Positions 39,802-50,030 of a stretch of 64,000 nucleotides of DNA are shown here, in pieces. Both the position numbers and the translations under genes were made by a program. The stretch is taken from the NCBI GenBank assembly GCA_038887515.1, contig JAWAKK010000001.1, forward strand, positions 576,001 through 640,000, in the 5' to 3' direction. Origin of the DNA: Candidatus Nezhaarchaeales archaeon. Lineage in GTDB: Archaea > Thermoproteota > Methanomethylicia > Nezhaarchaeales > WYZ-LMO8. The number at the start of each line of letters is the position of its first letter. Within the stretch, counting starts at the first letter, position 1. A model generated the notes under the pieces. The model saw nothing but the letters and a program-made list of their open reading frames with translations, had not been told where the DNA came from and made no database searches.

Positions 39802-40800
39802 TTGCACGAGACCCTCATCTTAACTGACGACGATGTTAAAGGGCTTCTTTAGATGCGTGAAGTCATCAGTGCTGTGGAGTCAGCATTTAGAGAGAAGTGT
39901 CTTGGTAGGGTTCAAATGCCCCCAAAGGTTTACTTATTCTACAGAAAGCACGATGGTGACTTAAGGGTCATGCCCTCTTACCTCGAAGATCTCGAAGTCT
40001 CTGCGGTCAAAATCGTGAACTCTCATCCGCGAAATTGGATTACGTATAGTTTACCGACGGTCATGGCCATCGTTGTACTCGTAGATCCAAAGTCGGGTTT
40101 TCCTCTATCAATCATGAGTGGAAGCTGGTTGACGGCCATGAGGACCGGCGCAGCAGGCAGCATAGCAGTTAAGTACCTTGCTCGCAACGATTCTGAAATT
40201 ATTTGCTTCATAGGCGCCGGCACTCAAGCTAGAACTCAGCTCATGGCTATCAACATTGTCCTAAAGAGCTTAAAACACCTTAAGATCTACGATGTAAGAG
40301 AGGAGGCGGCCAAAGCTTTTGCTGACTACGCAGCAAATACAGTTAAAGGAGTGAAAATTGATGTATGCAGGAGCCCAAAAGAAGCCGTCGAGGGTACCGA
40401 TATAATTGTTACAGCAACGCCCTCTCGCGAGCCAGTAGTCATGGATCGTTGGGTAAAAGAAGGGTGCCACTTCAACTGTATAGGCGCCGATGCGCCCGGC
40501 AAAGAAGAAATAAATCCTAATATACTTTTAAGGGCAAAAGTCGTGGTCGACGATGTTGAACAAGCAGTTCACAGCGGCGAGATCAATGTGCCCATAGCTA
40601 AAGGAATACTTAGGGAAGGCCAAATTTACGGTGAGCTTGGAGAGCTAGTTGCTGGGATAAAGAAGGGTAGAGAAAGACGTGAAGAAATAACAGTATTTGT
40701 GTCGACGGGGCTAGCGATACAGGACGCCGTTACGGCTAGGCTCGTCTACGAGAAGGCAGTATCGAGGGGTGTAGGGACTAGGCTTAGGTTAGTAATGTAG
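39802..40800 (+). CDS. ala: Archaeal alanine dehydrogenase (ornithine cyclodeaminase family) with in-frame TAG at codon 17; possibly disrupted
   Basis: QMPPKVYL, GDLRVMP, TAMRTGAAG, GAGTQA, STGLAIQD. GGTGAGG RBS then TTG 39802 and LILTDDDVKGLL-TAG-MREVI. Confidence 0.82.
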
Positions 40801-40817
40801 TTGGGCAACTAAAGCGT

Positions 40818-42215
40818 TTACCTTCTGGACAATCTTTTAGTGTAAATGACCATCGAAACGAGAAGTAAGGCTAGGCAGTAAGTTCCGCCGTAAATTAGGA
40901 TGTTAACGTCTCCGAAAGGAGGGGCCACCGAGAATATTAGGATCACGAAGGTCGCTATGAGACCTAAAAACGCTGGAATTGGCAACTTTAATGGGCCTTC
41001 AACCTTGGAGGGCCTTGCGCCGTCGGGTTTCTTCACTCTCAAGACTATAACGTCTATGAATATCGTGAGGTAAGTGAGCATGAATACGAAAGAACATATT
41101 AGGGCCAAGAATGAAGGAGTTTTAGTACCCAGAGAGGATGCTGAAACCCCCAAGACTAGCAACATGAGGGCGTATAGTAGACATAAAGAGCCCCATGGGG
41201 CCCTGAACTTGGGGTGTAGCCAGCTAAAGAAGCTTGGCAGATAGCCATCCACAGCCATCCCGTACAGCACCCTCGTGGCTCCAGTTAAAACCGCATTTAC
41301 GGTGCTTCCCGTCGCTACTAGACTTATGATGGCCATCCACACTTCGCCAGCTGGACCAAGCAAGTACCCGACCGCTCCTACATGATATGGTTCACTGAGC
41401 AATATCTCTCGAGGAACTGAAGCTACCCACGATAAGCCCAAGAACTGTTTTAAAGCGAACAGGATAACCATTGACGTCACCATTGCTAGCGGTAGCGTCC
41501 TAGAAGGGTTCTTAACCTCCTCCGCCAAGGGAGCTAATACCTCAACCCCAACGAATAACCACACGCCCATGAGCGTTAAAGCCAAGATGCTTGGAAGCCC
41601 TGCCGGCACTCCGTGATAGATGGAGGAAGCTGGAGGATCTAAGAGTGTACGAGTTAAGCACTCTAAGCAAGGCCTTTTTACTATGAAGCCTAAGAGAGCC
41701 AATGCTAGGTACGAGCCAGCCATTATTGATACGAGCACTAATTGAACGCGCCCGGTAACGGTAATCCCGAGCATGTTTACGATCGTAAATAACGTTAAAA
41801 GTAGCATCGCCCAGCCCCACCAAGGCACTTGGGGAATGATTTTCTCCATTATTATCCCTACTATGGCTGACTCGGCCGAAAAGCCAAAGATGTCTTTAAA
41901 CCCGTACCAAAGTCCTATCGATAATCCGGCAACCCTACCTAAAGCCATACTTGTGTAAAACACAAAGCTACTAGACTTTGGGTAAGCCGTTGCTAATTCC
42001 GAGAGAGCTAAGCAAACCAGTAATATGTAGCAAAGTGCTATTAAGTGCGTATACGTAAACCCTGCCCCCAAATCCCCAAAGCCAAGGCTAATCATCATAA
42101 GCGTAGTTGAGCAAGCTACTAAACCTAGGCTCATAGCCCACGCTTGCCAAAAGCCCAATGTCCTCTTGAGGCCGACCTGAGCCAGAACAGTGCCCGCCTC
42201 CAAGTTAATCATCAT
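40818..42215 (-). CDS. APC family amino acid permease
   Basis: LKRTLG, ELATAYP, AEEVKNP, RVLYGMA.DG.LP; many TM helices. Confidence 0.9.
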   Translation of the reverse strand: MMINLEAGTVLAQVGLKRTLGFWQAWAMSLGLVACSTTLMMISLGFGDLGAGFTYTHLIALCYILLVCLALSELATAYPKSSSFVFYTSMALGRVAGLSIGLWYGFKDIFGFSAESAIVGIIMEKIIPQVPWWGWAMLLLTLFTIVNMLGITVTGRVQLVLVSIMAGSYLALALLGFIVKRPCLECLTRTLLDPPASSIYHGVPAGLPSILALTLMGVWLFVGVEVLAPLAEEVKNPSRTLPLAMVTSMVILFALKQFLGLSWVASVPREILLSEPYHVGAVGYLLGPAGEVWMAIISLVATGSTVNAVLTGATRVLYGMAVDGYLPSFFSWLHPKFRAPWGSLCLLYALMLLVLGVSASSLGTKTPSFLALICSFVFMLTYLTIFIDVIVLRVKKPDGARPSKVEGPLKLPIPAFLGLIATFVILIFSVAPPFGDVNILIYGGTYCLALLLVSMVIYTKRLSRR

Positions 42216-42263
42216 AGGATCTTTAAAGCTTATCTTGTAAACGAGGTCTAGTTATTGTAGTCC

Positions 42264-42899
42264 CTAGCTCATGTGATTTCTCTTTAGGGCTCCATTACCG
42301 CTCCTCTCTATGATTCCCGTTTCTATAAGTTTCTTGAGGGCTCTACTTAAGGCCGCCCTTATAACCCTCCTCTTAGCGATAGTGCCAAAAAGCGCTATAG
42401 CGGCCTTCCTAACGCTACCGGTCTCAGCGACCTTCTTCAATATAGCGATGTCCCTAGGACCGAGTTTTAACCCGTATCTCATCGCTATACTGGCTATATC
42501 GGCAGGTCTTAAACCAAGGTACCGAGAACTCTCATCATTGCAGGGCTCCCCTATCCTCCTTATGACCTTAAACTTTATGATTGTGACCTTGTCGCTTGGA
42601 CTAATAGAACCATATATTTCTTTAAGGTTTTGGAGCAGTTGATTTTTATCCTGAAAGCCGTCTTGTCTAGCATCTTCATCGGTAAGGTCGCAAACCCTCT
42701 TTACCTTCACGTCTGATATCTCTAGTTCTGCTAGGACTTTACCTCCACCGTGAAGTATAACGCGCCTCCTCTTCGGTTTAACTATCCCAAGCCTTATAGT
42801 TGTGGTCTTAACGCCAGCCAATACTAGGTCTGCAAACTCCTTCTTCATCATAATGTGCCTACCAAAGAAGCTAAGCTTGCCTTTGTTTGGAGACCCCAT
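42264..42899 (-). CDS. ASCH domain protein with C-terminal ModE-like HTH
   Basis: GVKTTTIRLG, LTDEDARQDGF ASCH core; ILKKVAETGSVRKAA HTH. Start set to ATG 42899. Confidence 0.8.
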   Translation of the reverse strand: MGSPNKGKLSFFGRHIMMKKEFADLVLAGVKTTTIRLGIVKPKRRRVILHGGGKVLAELEISDVKVKRVCDLTDEDARQDGFQDKNQLLQNLKEIYGSISPSDKVTIIKFKVIRRIGEPCNDESSRYLGLRPADIASIAMRYGLKLGPRDIAILKKVAETGSVRKAAIALFGTIAKRRVIRAALSRALKKLIETGIIERSGNGALKRNHMS

Positions 42900-43064
42900 T
42901 CTCTTTTGGGCACCCGGAGAGGTCCAGCTCTTTAGGTTAGGTGATACTAGAATTGTATGAAATTGACTTTTTAGCTTAACCATCTTCGGTAAGATGATTG
43001 TCGATGCCGGGCGAGCATTAATGCATAAATAAGCTTACTTCAATCCTCTAACGTCCATTCTTCA

Positions 43065-43586
43065 CTATATGGCGTAGAACCTTAAGATAAAGGTCAACGT
43101 TATTAATGCTCCAAGAACCGTAAACAGCCCGTTTACTACCTTGTTATTGGAGTTAAAGAGCTTTAAGCTAACCTCCTTCTTGTTTATAGGCCAAAGTGGC
43201 GGGAAGCTCATGTATGTTAAGAGGTCGCTAAATATGTGACATAGGAAGCCGGATAAGCATGCCAAAAACCCCACCCAAAAGCCTAAGCCAGCGTAATACG
43301 TGAGGAGCCCCACTGGTATACTAACTATCGTGGCTACGATGACGTTATGAGTATACCTTCGATGCCTAATTTCGAGCCTTAAGTCTATGTCTGGAAGAGC
43401 GGAGAAAGCGCCGGAGAGCAGCAATAGTATAATGCTATCTCGCGACACTATGTTAATAGAGTACAGTATTAAGCCGATGACTGTCAACGTAAAGCCTACA
43501 TGCCCAGCTCGATTCACGTCAACACTTCGTCGTAGCGGAGATTTAAACTTAGATATCTTACTTAAAGCTCCAAGTAGCCCATTCAC
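43065..43586 (-). CDS. YdjM-like membrane metal-dependent hydrolase
   Basis: GH, LPDID, HRRYTH, HIFSDLLT motifs. Confidence 0.85.
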   Translation of the reverse strand: MNGLLGALSKISKFKSPLRRSVDVNRAGHVGFTLTVIGLILYSINIVSRDSIILLLLSGAFSALPDIDLRLEIRHRRYTHNVIVATIVSIPVGLLTYYAGLGFWVGFLACLSGFLCHIFSDLLTYMSFPPLWPINKKEVSLKLFNSNNKVVNGLFTVLGALITLTFILRFYAI

Positions 43587-43616
43587 CTTATCGATTGACG
43601 AGCTCAGTTTTGCTAA

Positions 43617-44324
43617 CTACTTGGGCTTCACAACGGACTGCGTCAATAGGGTGTCTATGTCTATCTGGAGCTTCTTCTTCATGTACATGTAGGCCGCCGT
43701 TAACTTTGTCTGTTGAGCTGCATAAGGTAAGGCTGATAGCATTAAGGGTACGTAGTGAAGATCCACAAGAGGTTTAATAGACGAGAGAGCACTCCACGCT
43801 ATGTCCCATACCGATGAACCTTCTTTACTTGCTTTCTCAACGCTCTTGACTATTGATGGTTGGACCATCATAGCGATCTCTATAACCCTATCAGCCAGTA
43901 ATTGGGAGGTCTCGCCTCTAAGTAGAGAACTAAGTAAGAAGCACTCGGCTGTGGACCTTATGTGGCTGTACACGACGGACCTCTTGGCCTTCTTTGACGT
44001 AAATATCTCCTTTGCGTGAGGTAGGTCGAGGATGTCATCGGCCGCCAAGCCTGCTAATATCAGCAGTTCTCGTAACTCTTTGGCGAGAGGTTTTACTTCA
44101 CTCAAAACCACTATGCTCCCGATGTCCTTCTTAGCCGTGGTAGATAGAGCCTTACAGGCCAGCCCAAAAGGTGTTGATGATATCTCCAGAGCCAGGTTAT
44201 TTACTGCATTTACTAGAACTTCTCTATCAACGCCGTAGACCGCACCTTTACCGTAAATCAGCTTCCTATAGAAATCGTCTTTGCTAACCTTCCTTCTCTT
44301 AGGTACCAAGCCTAGGATCTCCAA
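43617..44324 (-). CDS. Hypothetical alpha-helical protein
   Basis: 235-aa ORF with GGAGGG RBS; no recognised motif. Confidence 0.6.
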   Translation of the reverse strand: MEILGLVPKRRKVSKDDFYRKLIYGKGAVYGVDREVLVNAVNNLALEISSTPFGLACKALSTTAKKDIGSIVVLSEVKPLAKELRELLILAGLAADDILDLPHAKEIFTSKKAKRSVVYSHIRSTAECFLLSSLLRGETSQLLADRVIEIAMMVQPSIVKSVEKASKEGSSVWDIAWSALSSIKPLVDLHYVPLMLSALPYAAQQTKLTAAYMYMKKKLQIDIDTLLTQSVVKPK

Positions 44325-44412
44325 GTTTAACCCTCCGAAGACCTTAAGAATAGTTTGGTTGATGGAGAGAGTAAAAAAATTTGCTCGAAGCCCTTTATGC
44401 GCGTGGAGGGGG

Positions 44413-45630
44413 CTATAACTGTCTTAGATCTATGACTCTCTTAGCTTTCCCCTGGTACTCTATCTTGCCCTCTTCGACGGGCTCTATGTTAACGTTCAGC
44501 AACGTAAGTTCCTTTATCTGATTTTTAAGGTAATTTATTATTCCTTCTATATCCTTAACTCCTTTCTTGACTTCCACTCTTACCGTTATGTCATCAATGT
44601 TTGAAAGAACGATTTGATACTCCCCGGTAAGCTGTGACATACTAGAAGTAATCTCTTCTATGATCTTGGGGTAAAGGCTTATACCGCGAACCTTAATCAT
44701 CTCGTCGATTCGCCCTTTAATTCGAGATATCTTCGGGGTCTCAAGACCGCAAGAACATTCTCCTGATAGAAGCTCAACCATGTCTCCAGTGCGGTACCTA
44801 ATTAGAGGCATAGCCTCCCTGGTAAGGGTCGTTACTACGAGTTCTCCGTCCTCTCCTTCACTTACTTGCTCGCCGGTCTTAGGATCTATAACTTCTATCA
44901 GGTAGTGGTCCGCCCATACGTGCATACCTTCCTTCTCAGAACACTCAATCGCTACTCCTGGACCTCCTAGCTCTGCTACGCCGTAGTTGTCGTACGCCTT
45001 TAAGTTTAGAGATTCTTCTATTCTTCTCCTCGTAGACTCGCTCCAGGTCTCAGCTCCCAAGACCGCTACTCGAAGCCTCAGCTTCTCGGTTATGTCCGTG
45101 TCCTTAGCTATGTTGGCCATCTTAAGTGCAAAGGAAGGAATTGCGTGAAACGATGTTACTCCCAGCTCAACCATAAACCTCAAGTGTTTGTCCGGCGATG
45201 CAGGGCCTAAAGGTATTGAGATTGCGCCTGCTAACAATGCAGCCTCGCTGTAGCCTCGGCCAGTAAACATCCCTTGATTGGCAGTGTTTATGAAGATGTC
45301 CCCCTTCCCTATCCCGACGACCTTCAGGTTCCTGAGGAGCCTCTCCATCCATAGTTTGTAGTCGCTTTCCGTGTAAAACGTTAATATGGGTTTCCCGGTC
45401 GTGCCTGACGAAGATAAGACAAGGGATACCTCGCTGAGCTCCGTAGCAAGCGCTCCATAGGGGTAGAGGGATATGAGATCCTGCTTGGTAGTAAACGGTA
45501 ACTTAGATAAATCTTTAAGTGAAGTTATTGCTAATCCTTTAAGCCTATTAGAGTACAGTAGGCTCTTTGAGGCTTGCTCTATGGTCCATTTCAATCTCTT
45601 TAACTGTAATGTCTCTAAATTTTTACTCAA
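44413..45630 (-). CDS. Phenylacetate-CoA ligase (PaaK/FtsA) family protein
   Basis: LPFTTKQDL, SSSGTTGKP, YGVAE, IRYRTGD, GRIDEMIKVRG, GKAKRVIDLR. Confidence 0.9.
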   Translation of the reverse strand: MSKNLETLQLKRLKWTIEQASKSLLYSNRLKGLAITSLKDLSKLPFTTKQDLISLYPYGALATELSEVSLVLSSSGTTGKPILTFYTESDYKLWMERLLRNLKVVGIGKGDIFINTANQGMFTGRGYSEAALLAGAISIPLGPASPDKHLRFMVELGVTSFHAIPSFALKMANIAKDTDITEKLRLRVAVLGAETWSESTRRRIEESLNLKAYDNYGVAELGGPGVAIECSEKEGMHVWADHYLIEVIDPKTGEQVSEGEDGELVVTTLTREAMPLIRYRTGDMVELLSGECSCGLETPKISRIKGRIDEMIKVRGISLYPKIIEEITSSMSQLTGEYQIVLSNIDDITVRVEVKKGVKDIEGIINYLKNQIKELTLLNVNIEPVEEGKIEYQGKAKRVIDLRQL

Positions 45631-45782
45631 GGTAAACTAGATCACCGAGCATCTCCGGCACCCGCTGAGGGTTGGCGGCGTTAAGGCCTTATAAAGCTTT
45701 GCGTCTTGCTTAGTTCATCTAGATTTCAAGCACACAGAATCTTCAACTTTATTGGTTTCTTTGGGTTAAAATATGGTACTAG

Positions 45783-47201
45783 GTGGATTACGAGCTTGTA
45801 AAACAACATTACTCAAACGAGATCGTCAAGAGAGAGGTGGCGGAGTATTGTAAGGGTAGGTGGGTTGCCCTAGAAGGAGGTGGTATTGGCAAGGTCTTCT
45901 TGAGGTATTGGAGAGATGGAAGGCCCTTAAAAATTAATAGCCCTCAGGAGGTCGAAGATTTAATTAAACAGTTTGAATGTGTTAAGCCTAGGACCATTTA
46001 CGGCTCCATAAACGTATACAATAGGTTGTCTGCTAAGCTTGACATAGAAGATCGCGGAAACATAGCTTACGCTTCTCCAATATGGGACATAGATGGAGAG
46101 CTGGATAAATGGAGGGATATCATTGAAGTTGCTCGAATAATAGTTGATGAGCTTGAAAAGCTAGGCATCTCGAGGTCAGTCTTCATAAAGTGGAGTGGCG
46201 AGGGGGCTCACGTTCACGTCCATGAAAAGTGCTTTTCAGTTGACGTCCTGTCTAGGCACAACCCGCTGGACGTAGCGTACTCATTAGTAGAGTACGTTTT
46301 AAAGGAGAGCAAGGAGAAAATACTTGAGATTGCATCTCGATCCGGCAGACTCAAAGTCGAAAACGAGATTGACCTGAAAAGGGTGTTTACTGCTCCATTA
46401 GCGATCCATAGGAAGAGAGACCTTTGTTGCGTATGCCTTAAGCCAAGCGCCTTAGACAGCTTTGAGCTTGAGTGGGCTAATCCTAAGGGCTTTAAGCATG
46501 ATGATAGGTGGAGGGATTATGTTGAAGGCGAGGGAGATGAAGTAGCGATTAAAGCCATCAAGACCATAGGCGGTTATAAGGGTTGGTTTAGCACCATGGA
46601 GGTGAGAGCGAGAACTACGATTACTCTCCCTAAACCCGTAGAGGTCAAGCGGAAGGAGGAGATCGGGCGATTCCAAGTCATGGGGCTTCTTCAAGCAGCA
46701 CGCTATTACTTGATAACGGGGGATCTCGAGAAGGCAAAATCCTTCGGTTTGAATAGAGCAATATTTTACGCGTGGGCTAAGAAACACGCCAGAGATGCTA
46801 TTTCTAAAAAAGTAACCAAGATTACGGGTTCTACAGGTAAAAGCACGTCAGAAGGAAGAACTGTTCAAATAGGCGATGAAACCGCTTTTTTATCTGATGG
46901 AGGCTGGTTCATCATTGGGGGTCAAGAGCAGAAGCCGGACGACTATGATAGGCAAATAGCACAGCACATAGAGAGGGTAGTCCCTTACGAGAAGGCATGG
47001 CAAGCGGCTCTAGAGTACTTAAAGAGCTTTAAGAAGGAGACATTGCTCGATCAACAGAAGTTCTTTAAAGAAGTGTATGAGCCCATTAGAGACAGGTTTC
47101 TCGAAGACGTCGTCCTAAATCCTAGGAGAAGGACTACTCGACATGAAGGACTACTTAAGTGGTTCAGCGGAGGGCACGAGACTTCTAACGTAAGTTCTTG
47201 A
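45783..47201 (+). CDS. Archaeo-eukaryotic primase (AEP/Prim-Pol)-like domain fused to an uncharacterised C-terminal domain
   Basis: WDIDG (motif I), KWSGEGAHVH (motif II), IDLKRVFTAPLAIH (motif III); C-domain RFQVMGLLQAAR...GLNRAIFYAWAK. Confidence 0.75.
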   Translation: MDYELVKQHYSNEIVKREVAEYCKGRWVALEGGGIGKVFLRYWRDGRPLKINSPQEVEDLIKQFECVKPRTIYGSINVYNRLSAKLDIEDRGNIAYASPIWDIDGELDKWRDIIEVARIIVDELEKLGISRSVFIKWSGEGAHVHVHEKCFSVDVLSRHNPLDVAYSLVEYVLKESKEKILEIASRSGRLKVENEIDLKRVFTAPLAIHRKRDLCCVCLKPSALDSFELEWANPKGFKHDDRWRDYVEGEGDEVAIKAIKTIGGYKGWFSTMEVRARTTITLPKPVEVKRKEEIGRFQVMGLLQAARYYLITGDLEKAKSFGLNRAIFYAWAKKHARDAISKKVTKITGSTGKSTSEGRTVQIGDETAFLSDGGWFIIGGQEQKPDDYDRQIAQHIERVVPYEKAWQAALEYLKSFKKETLLDQQKFFKEVYEPIRDRFLEDVVLNPRRRTTRHEGLLKWFSGGHETSNVSS

Positions 47202-47288
47202 GCAGTATTGTATCTTGAAGTAGCTGTTTAACTTATGAGGGTCTTACGCAAATTTTGTTACGCTAACCCGGTAACCGAGGGTTTATTG

Positions 47289-48965
47289 ATGGTGCTCTTC
47301 GTCGAAGTATGTAGGCTCTGCGATGAGCTTGAGTCAACTAGCTCTAGGAGTTCCATGGTTGCCTCAGTTTCAAGCTTCATAAGAGGCCTAGAGGCTCACG
47401 AACTTGAACTGGCGGTCAGGTTCATAATAGGTGAGATCTTCCCTCCATGGGAGCCTGAAATAGGACTTGGAGCATCTGGTGTAATTGATTGCGTTGTTAA
47501 AGCATTTGAGTCGTCTAAAAGTAAGCTGTTTAAAGCCTTTAAGTCGACGGGCGACCTAGGCCTAGCGTCAATGATCATTGCTGAAAAAAGGAAAAGTACT
47601 TCGCCCCTCATAACTTTCGAGAAGGACTTGACAATTAAAGAAGTACATGAAGTCTTTAAGTCAGTAGCGAGAGCCTCGGGAGAGGGCTCTAGGCACAAGA
47701 AGCTCAGGCTTTTCCACGGACTATTATTGAGGGCTAAGAGGCCAATAGAAGTGAAGTACCTTGTAAAGCTCGCTTTAGGAGAAAGGAGGCATGGCTTCAG
47801 CGAGGGTTTAATGGAGGAAGCAATAGCAGATGCCTTTAACGTACCACATGAACTTGTTAGGAGAGTTCACATGCTTACAAGCGATCTTGGGTTTACAGCA
47901 AAAATAGCCAAGCTTGGAGGAGTAGAGGGGCTAAAGAGCCAAAAGATAGTGCTCTTCAATCCAGTTAAACCCATGTTAGCTGAGAAGGTTAACGACTTAC
48001 TATCAGCCCTAAAGGAGCTTGGAGGAAGGGCTTCGCTAGAAATTAAGGTTGATGGAGCCCGCGTTCAGGTACACAAGTCCCACGATAAAGTCAAGGTATT
48101 TAGCCGAAGAGCAACTGACGTGACCGCGAGCCTACCTGAAGTAGTTGAGGCAACGAAGAAAGTCATGGCTGAGAGCGCTGTCCTCGAAGGAGAGGTAGTA
48201 GCGCTTACAAGTAACGGTAGGCCTGCTCCCTTCCAGCTTCTGATGAGGAGGTTTAGGAGGCAGAAAAACGTGAGCGAACTAGCTAGCAAGATACCGTTAA
48301 GGCTTTACTTCTTCGACATACTTTACCTTAACGGTAAAACTTTGATAGACGAAGCATACATCGAGAGGAGAAGGATACTAGAGACTGTTGTTGGTAGGGA
48401 GCTGGTAATCGACGCCTTAATAACGAGTAGATACGAGGAGGCCAAGGCCTTTTACGATAAGGTCCTTCGAGAGGGGCATGAGGGGCTCGTAGCCAAGGAC
48501 CTGGAGGCACCCTACACACCTGGTGTTAGGGGCAAGAAGTGGTTAAAGGTGAAGCCAGTATTCAATACCCTAGACCTCGTTGTGGTAGCAGCTGAGTATG
48601 GGCATGGTTATAGAGCATCTATGCTGAGCGATCTCCACCTAGCTGCATACAACCCTGAAAGCAATGAATTCGAAGTTGTAGGAAAGTGCTTCACGGGCCT
48701 AACTGATGAGGAGCTCGTTTGGATCACTAAAAAACTTAAAGAGATAGCTATCAAAGAGGAGGGGAGGACTGTCTACGTTGAGCCTAGGATAGTAGTTGAA
48801 GTAGCCTTTGACGAAGTTCAAAAGAGTCCACACTATAAGTCTGGCTTAGCCTTGAGGTTTCCTAGAATAACCAAGATTAGGGAAGATAAGTCGCCCTTTG
48901 AGGCAGACACAATACAGACCCTAAGGAAAATATATTACGAACAGAGAGGCTGTAGAAAGGCTTAG
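47289..48965 (+). CDS. lig: ATP-dependent DNA ligase (LigB-like)
   Basis: EIKVDGAR, EGEVV, FFDILY, EGLVAK, WLKVK, LRFPR. Confidence 0.93.
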   Translation: MVLFVEVCRLCDELESTSSRSSMVASVSSFIRGLEAHELELAVRFIIGEIFPPWEPEIGLGASGVIDCVVKAFESSKSKLFKAFKSTGDLGLASMIIAEKRKSTSPLITFEKDLTIKEVHEVFKSVARASGEGSRHKKLRLFHGLLLRAKRPIEVKYLVKLALGERRHGFSEGLMEEAIADAFNVPHELVRRVHMLTSDLGFTAKIAKLGGVEGLKSQKIVLFNPVKPMLAEKVNDLLSALKELGGRASLEIKVDGARVQVHKSHDKVKVFSRRATDVTASLPEVVEATKKVMAESAVLEGEVVALTSNGRPAPFQLLMRRFRRQKNVSELASKIPLRLYFFDILYLNGKTLIDEAYIERRRILETVVGRELVIDALITSRYEEAKAFYDKVLREGHEGLVAKDLEAPYTPGVRGKKWLKVKPVFNTLDLVVVAAEYGHGYRASMLSDLHLAAYNPESNEFEVVGKCFTGLTDEELVWITKKLKEIAIKEEGRTVYVEPRIVVEVAFDEVQKSPHYKSGLALRFPRITKIREDKSPFEADTIQTLRKIYYEQRGCRKA

Positions 48966-49067
48966 GCTCTTCGAAGCTTCCCATAAAAGAATGGGGTTAC
49001 TTAATGTATCTCTTCAATATAAGTAGGTTAAAATGGTGTTTAGGTTTAGTTAGATATGCAAACCAAT

Positions 49068-50018
49068 TTAATTGAGCGACAGCCGTCGGCTTCGCCCTTG
49101 CCCTGCTTCTATGGTCCTCTGCTCGATTGCCTTTACCATGAAGTACAATGTCTTGTTTAAGACTGCTTCAAAAGAGCGCGTAGCGGCTAGTCTCCATATA
49201 GCGCCATTAATGTAGTCTACTTCGGTTTTCTTCCCCCTTAATACATCTATAAGCATGGAGTTCTTGTTGTTGTAAGTCGCCCTAGCGATAGCGAACGTTT
49301 CTTCTACAGGGTTTTGAGGCTCGAGCTCAACCCCTAGGTTTAAAGCGACCTTCCATCCTTCGCTCGCAATCATAGTTAATAGAGTCCTCGTATATTCGTT
49401 TTCCAAGAGTTCCCCGTTCTTCATGTTGAAGAGAGTTCCTAATGGGTTTATCGACGAGTTCACTATGGTTTTAACCCATGTTGCACCATCTATGTTTCTC
49501 GTTACTTCGGCTAGAAGTCCAGCGCTCTTTAACGCATCAGCGAATTCAAAGCAAGCTTCCAAGAGATCCTCGTCCCTTGAACCTAATACCGTTCTCGATA
49601 AGCCTACGGCCCTTATGACCCCCACTTCCTCCGTCATTACACCACAACTGGTTAATCCACGCGCCACGCTCCTACCTAAAACTTCTTCAGCCTCCTTTTC
49701 GACTCCGAGTCCGTTTTGAAGGAGAATGACTGGACAACTTAAGTTAGCAAACGCTACGTGTGTGGTAGCCGACCTAGTGTCGTAGGCCTTAACAGCTACG
49801 ACGCACACATCTACATCGTTTACCCCTCGTAGGTCTGCTCTAAACTCGGCCTTAACGTAGATGACCGATGAATCCGGCATTTTTAACCTTAAGCCACTAT
49901 TTCTAAGACTGGGTATTTTATGTTCCCGCTCTACGAATATGACTTTGTGACCGCTATTGCAAAGCAAACCTCCAAAGAGTCCTCCTATAGCCCCGGCACC
50001 TATGAAGACTACTTTCAA
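49068..50018 (-). CDS. panE: Ketopantoate reductase
   Basis: GAGAIGG, VKAYD, LQNGLG, WVKTIVN, SMLID, TEVDYING. Confidence 0.92.
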   Translation of the reverse strand: MKVVFIGAGAIGGLFGGLLCNSGHKVIFVEREHKIPSLRNSGLRLKMPDSSVIYVKAEFRADLRGVNDVDVCVVAVKAYDTRSATTHVAFANLSCPVILLQNGLGVEKEAEEVLGRSVARGLTSCGVMTEEVGVIRAVGLSRTVLGSRDEDLLEACFEFADALKSAGLLAEVTRNIDGATWVKTIVNSSINPLGTLFNMKNGELLENEYTRTLLTMIASEGWKVALNLGVELEPQNPVEETFAIARATYNNKNSMLIDVLRGKKTEVDYINGAIWRLAATRSFEAVLNKTLYFMVKAIEQRTIEAGQGRSRRLSLN

Positions 50019-50030
50019 TACTTGACACCT

